DNA of 64,000 bases, taken from Candidatus Moraniibacteriota bacterium. Its GTDB lineage: Bacteria; Patescibacteriota; Minisyncoccia; Moranbacterales; UBA1568. Below the pieces are notes generated by a model that worked only from the letters and a program-made list of their open reading frames with translations, was not told where the DNA came from and ran no database searches. The position numbers and the translations under genes were made by a program. The stretch covers positions 373,458-437,457 of the forward strand of contig JAUSGT010000002.1 in the NCBI GenBank assembly GCA_030648835.1. Reading direction: 5' to 3'. Below, piece by piece: positions 60,896 through 64,000 of the stretch. Every line of letters starts with the position of its first letter. The stretch's first letter is position 1.

Positions 60896-60967
60896 TGGGG
60901 AGGAAGGGATCGAACCTTCGCATGGAGGCTTCAAAGGCCCCTGCCTTACCGCTTGGCTACTCCCCAT
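60896..60967 (-). tRNA. tRNA-Gln (anticodon UUG) with U1:A72 pair and G73 discriminator. CCA not encoded.
   Basis: Manual fold of the reverse complement: 7 bp acceptor stem, U8, anticodon stem GGGGC/GCCTC, loop CTTTGAA, T-arm GAAGG-TTCGATC-CCTTC. Confidence 0.75.
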
Positions 60968-60975
60968 CGTAAGGA

Positions 60976-61016
60976 ATTTTCAATTTACAATTATCAATTT
61001 TCAATTTTTGAAATCA
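60976..61016. repeat. AT-rich word spacer S3a (CAATTTACAATTATCAATTTTCAAT)
   Basis: Shared with 62721..62850. Confidence 0.55.
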
Positions 61017-62717
61017 CTAGGATTCACTCACAAGTTTCCCACCGAGGAGATCCATCGCCTGGCTGACGAGGGGATTGAGAACAGCTTCATTAGCTGCACT
61101 AGCTTCGTTAGCTTTTGGAGCAGGAGTGTCTTCAACCACGATGCGGATTTTTATTTTTGATTTGAGTATCGTATCAAAGGCGGTAGCCAGTGTCAATTGA
61201 TTGGCGCGTTCATTCAAGCGTTCCTTGTGAAAAGGATATTTGACGGCGATAACGACGGTCGAACCGGTGGTCTCGATGGGACGGGAGGTAGAGAGGGCGA
61301 GGGAAAGCCCAGCATTCAACTGCTTGGCAGTATTGAGAATTATAGACCACTTCTCCTGTATAGTATCGAGAGAGATTGAATTTTGAACCTCTGAGGCTGT
61401 TGTTAATTTTTCTTTATCCTGATTCGTAATTCGTAACTCCTGCCCGTCCGCCAAAGCTTTAGCGACGGAGGGATTCTTTTTCGTAGTTGTTGCTGTTTTT
61501 GTTTCAACTTTTGGTGATTCTTTTTTAATGGTGGAAGGTATCGAAGGTTTTGACGGCACAGCCGGTGTGTGTGGCGGCTTACTGTTACCTGTTGATTGTT
61601 GATTGCCTGCCTGTCCGGTAGGCAGGTTGTCTGACAAAATCTTCACGATGGCGATCTGGAGGGGGAGTTCCGGGATGACGGAGGTTTTGCTCGTGACCTG
61701 GGCAATTTGGAAATATTCCAGCATCCGGACGACTTCCGCCGGCGAGAATATTTTTGCCAGTTCAAGGAGCGCTGTTTGTTGCTCGTCGGTGAGCAAATCC
61801 AGTTCGCTCGGGCCGTTCAGAGGGTCGGCGGAAACAAGCAGGAGATCGCGGAGGTAATGCAGGAGCGTGCCGGAGAATATTGAAAGGTCGGCACCGTCTT
61901 CCGAAAGCGAGCTTACGAAGCGGAGACTGGCGTAGAGTTCGCGCTGACCGATGAGCCTGAGAAGCGTAACGATACTTAACTTCTTGGTGGTGCCGAGGAC
62001 TTCGATGACCTTGTCCTCAGTGATGGGGGAGGCTTCGAGTGAGATGATCTGCATCAAGAGTGATTCTGCGTCCCGCATCCCGCCTTCGGCTGTAAGTGCG
62101 ATCATTTCGAGTGCCCCTCGGTCAATCTTCAGCTTTTCTTGTTTGGTGATCATTTCCAATTTTTCTATGATGCTTTTCACCGGGAAACGGGAAAGGTCAA
62201 AGCGCTGGCAGCGCGAAAGAATCGTGTCGGGGACTTTGTTGAGCGCCGTGGTGGCGAGGATAAAGATGACATGGGCCGGTGGTTCTTCCAGAGTTTTCAA
62301 GAGCGCGTTGAACGCCCCGATGGAGAGCATATGCACTTCATCGATGATATAAATCTTGTGTGAACCGAGGGTCGGCGGGAGGTTGGCTGTCTCGCGCAGT
62401 TCGCGGATATTGTCAACACCGGTATGTGAAGCCGCATCAATTTCGATGACATCAAACGAACGTCCTTCGGCCATGAGAACGCAGTGCTCGCATTTGTTGC
62501 AAGGTTCCGCGCCATGGCGGTTGGAACAATTAACGGCTTTGGCGAAGAGGCGTGCCAAGGTGGTCTTCCCGGTACCGCGCGGACCGGTCAGAAGATACGC
62601 CTGCCCGATTCGAGCCAGCTTGAGAGCGTTGGTGAGAGTGGTGACGACGTGTTTTTGTCCGACGACTTCGGCGAAGGTCTGCGGGCGGTATTTACGGTAG
62701 AGGGCGGTAGAGGACAT
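61017..62717 (-). CDS. dnaX: DNA polymerase III subunit gamma/tau
   Basis: YRPQTFAEVVGQ. GPRGTGKTT. C4 zinc module. Confidence 0.9.
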   Translation of the reverse strand: MSSTALYRKYRPQTFAEVVGQKHVVTTLTNALKLARIGQAYLLTGPRGTGKTTLARLFAKAVNCSNRHGAEPCNKCEHCVLMAEGRSFDVIEIDAASHTGVDNIRELRETANLPPTLGSHKIYIIDEVHMLSIGAFNALLKTLEEPPAHVIFILATTALNKVPDTILSRCQRFDLSRFPVKSIIEKLEMITKQEKLKIDRGALEMIALTAEGGMRDAESLLMQIISLEASPITEDKVIEVLGTTKKLSIVTLLRLIGQRELYASLRFVSSLSEDGADLSIFSGTLLHYLRDLLLVSADPLNGPSELDLLTDEQQTALLELAKIFSPAEVVRMLEYFQIAQVTSKTSVIPELPLQIAIVKILSDNLPTGQAGNQQSTGNSKPPHTPAVPSKPSIPSTIKKESPKVETKTATTTKKNPSVAKALADGQELRITNQDKEKLTTASEVQNSISLDTIQEKWSIILNTAKQLNAGLSLALSTSRPIETTGSTVVIAVKYPFHKERLNERANQLTLATAFDTILKSKIKIRIVVEDTPAPKANEASAANEAVLNPLVSQAMDLLGGKLVSES

Positions 62718-62720
62718 AGA

Positions 62721-62850
62721 GCAGGAGATAAAAAAATCAATTTACAATTATCAATTTTCAATGAATTTACAATGATTCAATATTTCAAAGATTATAGTAT
62801 TGTGACATTGCAATTTGAAAATTGATTGAAAATTGGAAATTGAACATTGA
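62721..62850. repeat. AT-rich word spacer S3b
   Basis: CAATTTACAATTATCAATTTTCAAT plus further CAATTGAAA-type words. Confidence 0.55.
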
Positions 62851-62886
62851 AAATTTATACGTCCTCATTATACCCTTTCTTAGCCA

Positions 62887-62916
62887 AGAAAAAAAGCCTG
62901 AGAATATCAGGCTTTC
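62887..62916 (-). terminator. Rho-independent terminator (minus strand) downstream of the GtrA-like gene
   Basis: On the minus strand: AAAGCCTGATATTCTCAGGCTTTTTTT. Confidence 0.6.
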
Positions 62917-62933
62917 AGACGATGAAAATGGGG

Positions 62934-63419
62934 TCATTTTTTAAAAACGAAGAATTTGTAACCGATAAAGTTCCAAATGAGAGAGACTCCGGTAGCCATC
63001 AGTTTGGCGATATTGGCCCAAAGGACAGCACTCAAACCGAAGAGCGGCGGAATGTAAGAAGTGATGCTTGTGAGTATCAATCCGTTGATAATGATGCCGA
63101 TGATACTGACGGCCAGAAATTGTGAGAATTTTATCGGTTCCTGCTGTGTTTTCGTTTTGTCTTGGAACGTCCAATGTTTGTTCATGAAGTAGCTGTTGAT
63201 AACAGCTACCGAAAAAGAAATACAATTCAAAATAAACAATTCGACACCGGCCGTGACGCCGGTGATATAGATGAGGATATTCAGGATAAAAAAATCAATG
63301 CCGGTGTTGATACCTCCGACAATAATGAATTTGGAAAACTGTTTGACCAGTTTTAAAAAAAGGCCTTGATCAGCAGGCATCGCCATGAGGGGAGAGTTCT
63401 CTATTATCTCATTGTTCAT
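62934..63419 (-). CDS. GtrA-family membrane protein
   Basis: KFIIVGGINTGIDFFILNILIY. 4 TM helices. Confidence 0.65.
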   Translation of the reverse strand: MNNEIIENSPLMAMPADQGLFLKLVKQFSKFIIVGGINTGIDFFILNILIYITGVTAGVELFILNCISFSVAVINSYFMNKHWTFQDKTKTQQEPIKFSQFLAVSIIGIIINGLILTSITSYIPPLFGLSAVLWANIAKLMATGVSLIWNFIGYKFFVFKK

Positions 63420-63441
63420 AAATGGTATGTGTTTTTATTCG

Positions 63442-63984
63442 TTAGGATGTTTGCTTGATTTCTTTTTCGATTTCTTCCATATCGCGTACCCAGGAGTCGA
63501 GCATATGTGTGTCGCCACGCGAGGGGGTATCGGCAGGCTTTATTATTTCAGATGCGATTGGAGATTTATCTTTCAATTCTTTTTTCCAACTGTTGATATT
63601 TTCATTCTCTTCTTCGGCTTTGGAGAGAGCCGATTGCCAGTCCTGGTGAGCACCTTTTTGGATGACATTCTCGATGGCTGCCCAGGTGGCGTCGAGACCG
63701 TGTGGGATGACGATAGCTACCTCATCGCCGGGAGCCGCCTTGAAATACGTAATGGAAGCCAAGAGGACACGGTATGGTTTGCCATTGGCGAGGATGTAGT
63801 AATTGCCGTTTTCATCCTGGGTTACGACGGCGATGGCATGGCGACGTTCGATTGGACCGATTTGCTTATAGAGAAAAGCACCATCCGCCGTGATGGTCAG
63901 TTTCAGCATATCGCCTTCGACAAGTTTGGATTTGGAGGCGTAATTTGCCGGCACGGGATATTGTTTGCCGTCTGTGCCAAGCAT
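63442..63984 (-). CDS. Hypothetical protein (180 aa)
   Basis: ORF with start ATG at 63984. No recognised domain. Confidence 0.35.
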   Translation of the reverse strand: MLGTDGKQYPVPANYASKSKLVEGDMLKLTITADGAFLYKQIGPIERRHAIAVVTQDENGNYYILANGKPYRVLLASITYFKAAPGDEVAIVIPHGLDATWAAIENVIQKGAHQDWQSALSKAEEENENINSWKKELKDKSPIASEIIKPADTPSRGDTHMLDSWVRDMEEIEKEIKQTS

Positions 63985-64000
63985 AATCTGACCATCGAAC

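Overview
This 64 kb window looks like it comes from a small-genome, CPR/Patescibacteria-like bacterium. The evidence is compact, overlapping genes, a complete type IV pilus locus with several pilins, a short SMC, fragmented ribosomal-protein operons, and housekeeping proteins with insertions or extensions.

The window has two parts.

(A) Positions 1 to about 14,770 form an AT-rich accessory island that ends at a rho-independent terminator. It contains:
- a 5'-partial large ORF with a zinc ribbon and small Cys proteins;
- a tightly coupled operon of a secreted Cys-rich surface protein, a 2-TM coiled-coil protein ending in a DUF4145/HEPN-like domain, and a roughly 490 aa short prokaryotic Argonaute (MID-PIWI) whose PIWI catalytic motifs look intact, followed by a 4-TM membrane protein;
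- a tyrosine recombinase;
- a cassette-like array in which gene units are separated by a conserved, hairpin-containing GC-rich repeat of about 164 bp (two full copies and one half copy);
- mltG;
- a type II R-M pair fused in an operon with a ClpP/SppA-like peptidase;
- several unknown proteins.

(B) Positions 14,800 to 64,000 are core genome:
- gpsA, a SurA-like chaperone, comF and clpC;
- the type IV pilus locus pilMNO-pilB-pilT-pilC, two major pilins, pilD and three minor pilins;
- ligA, gatCA, secE-nusG-rplKA, a CYTH protein, and the dcd-thyA-folA-kinase-tmk cluster;
- gatB, miaA, dnaE, rnhB, rpmF, nusB, rnc, smc, rpsP, rplJL and dedA;
- rdgB, a deoxynucleotidase, cfa, pyrB, tRNA-Gln(UUG), dnaX and gtrA.

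Noncoding structure worth noting: a palindromic GTCATCCC...GGGATGAC element family (3 copies at gene 3' ends); three families of roughly 100 bp AT-rich palindromic word spacers that flank gene blocks in pairs; and a promoter-hairpin-terminator region between rnc and smc that may be an sRNA or a tiny His/Cys-rich protein.

The strongest candidate for a novel system is the membrane-HEPN plus short-pAgo module at 2424..6463.
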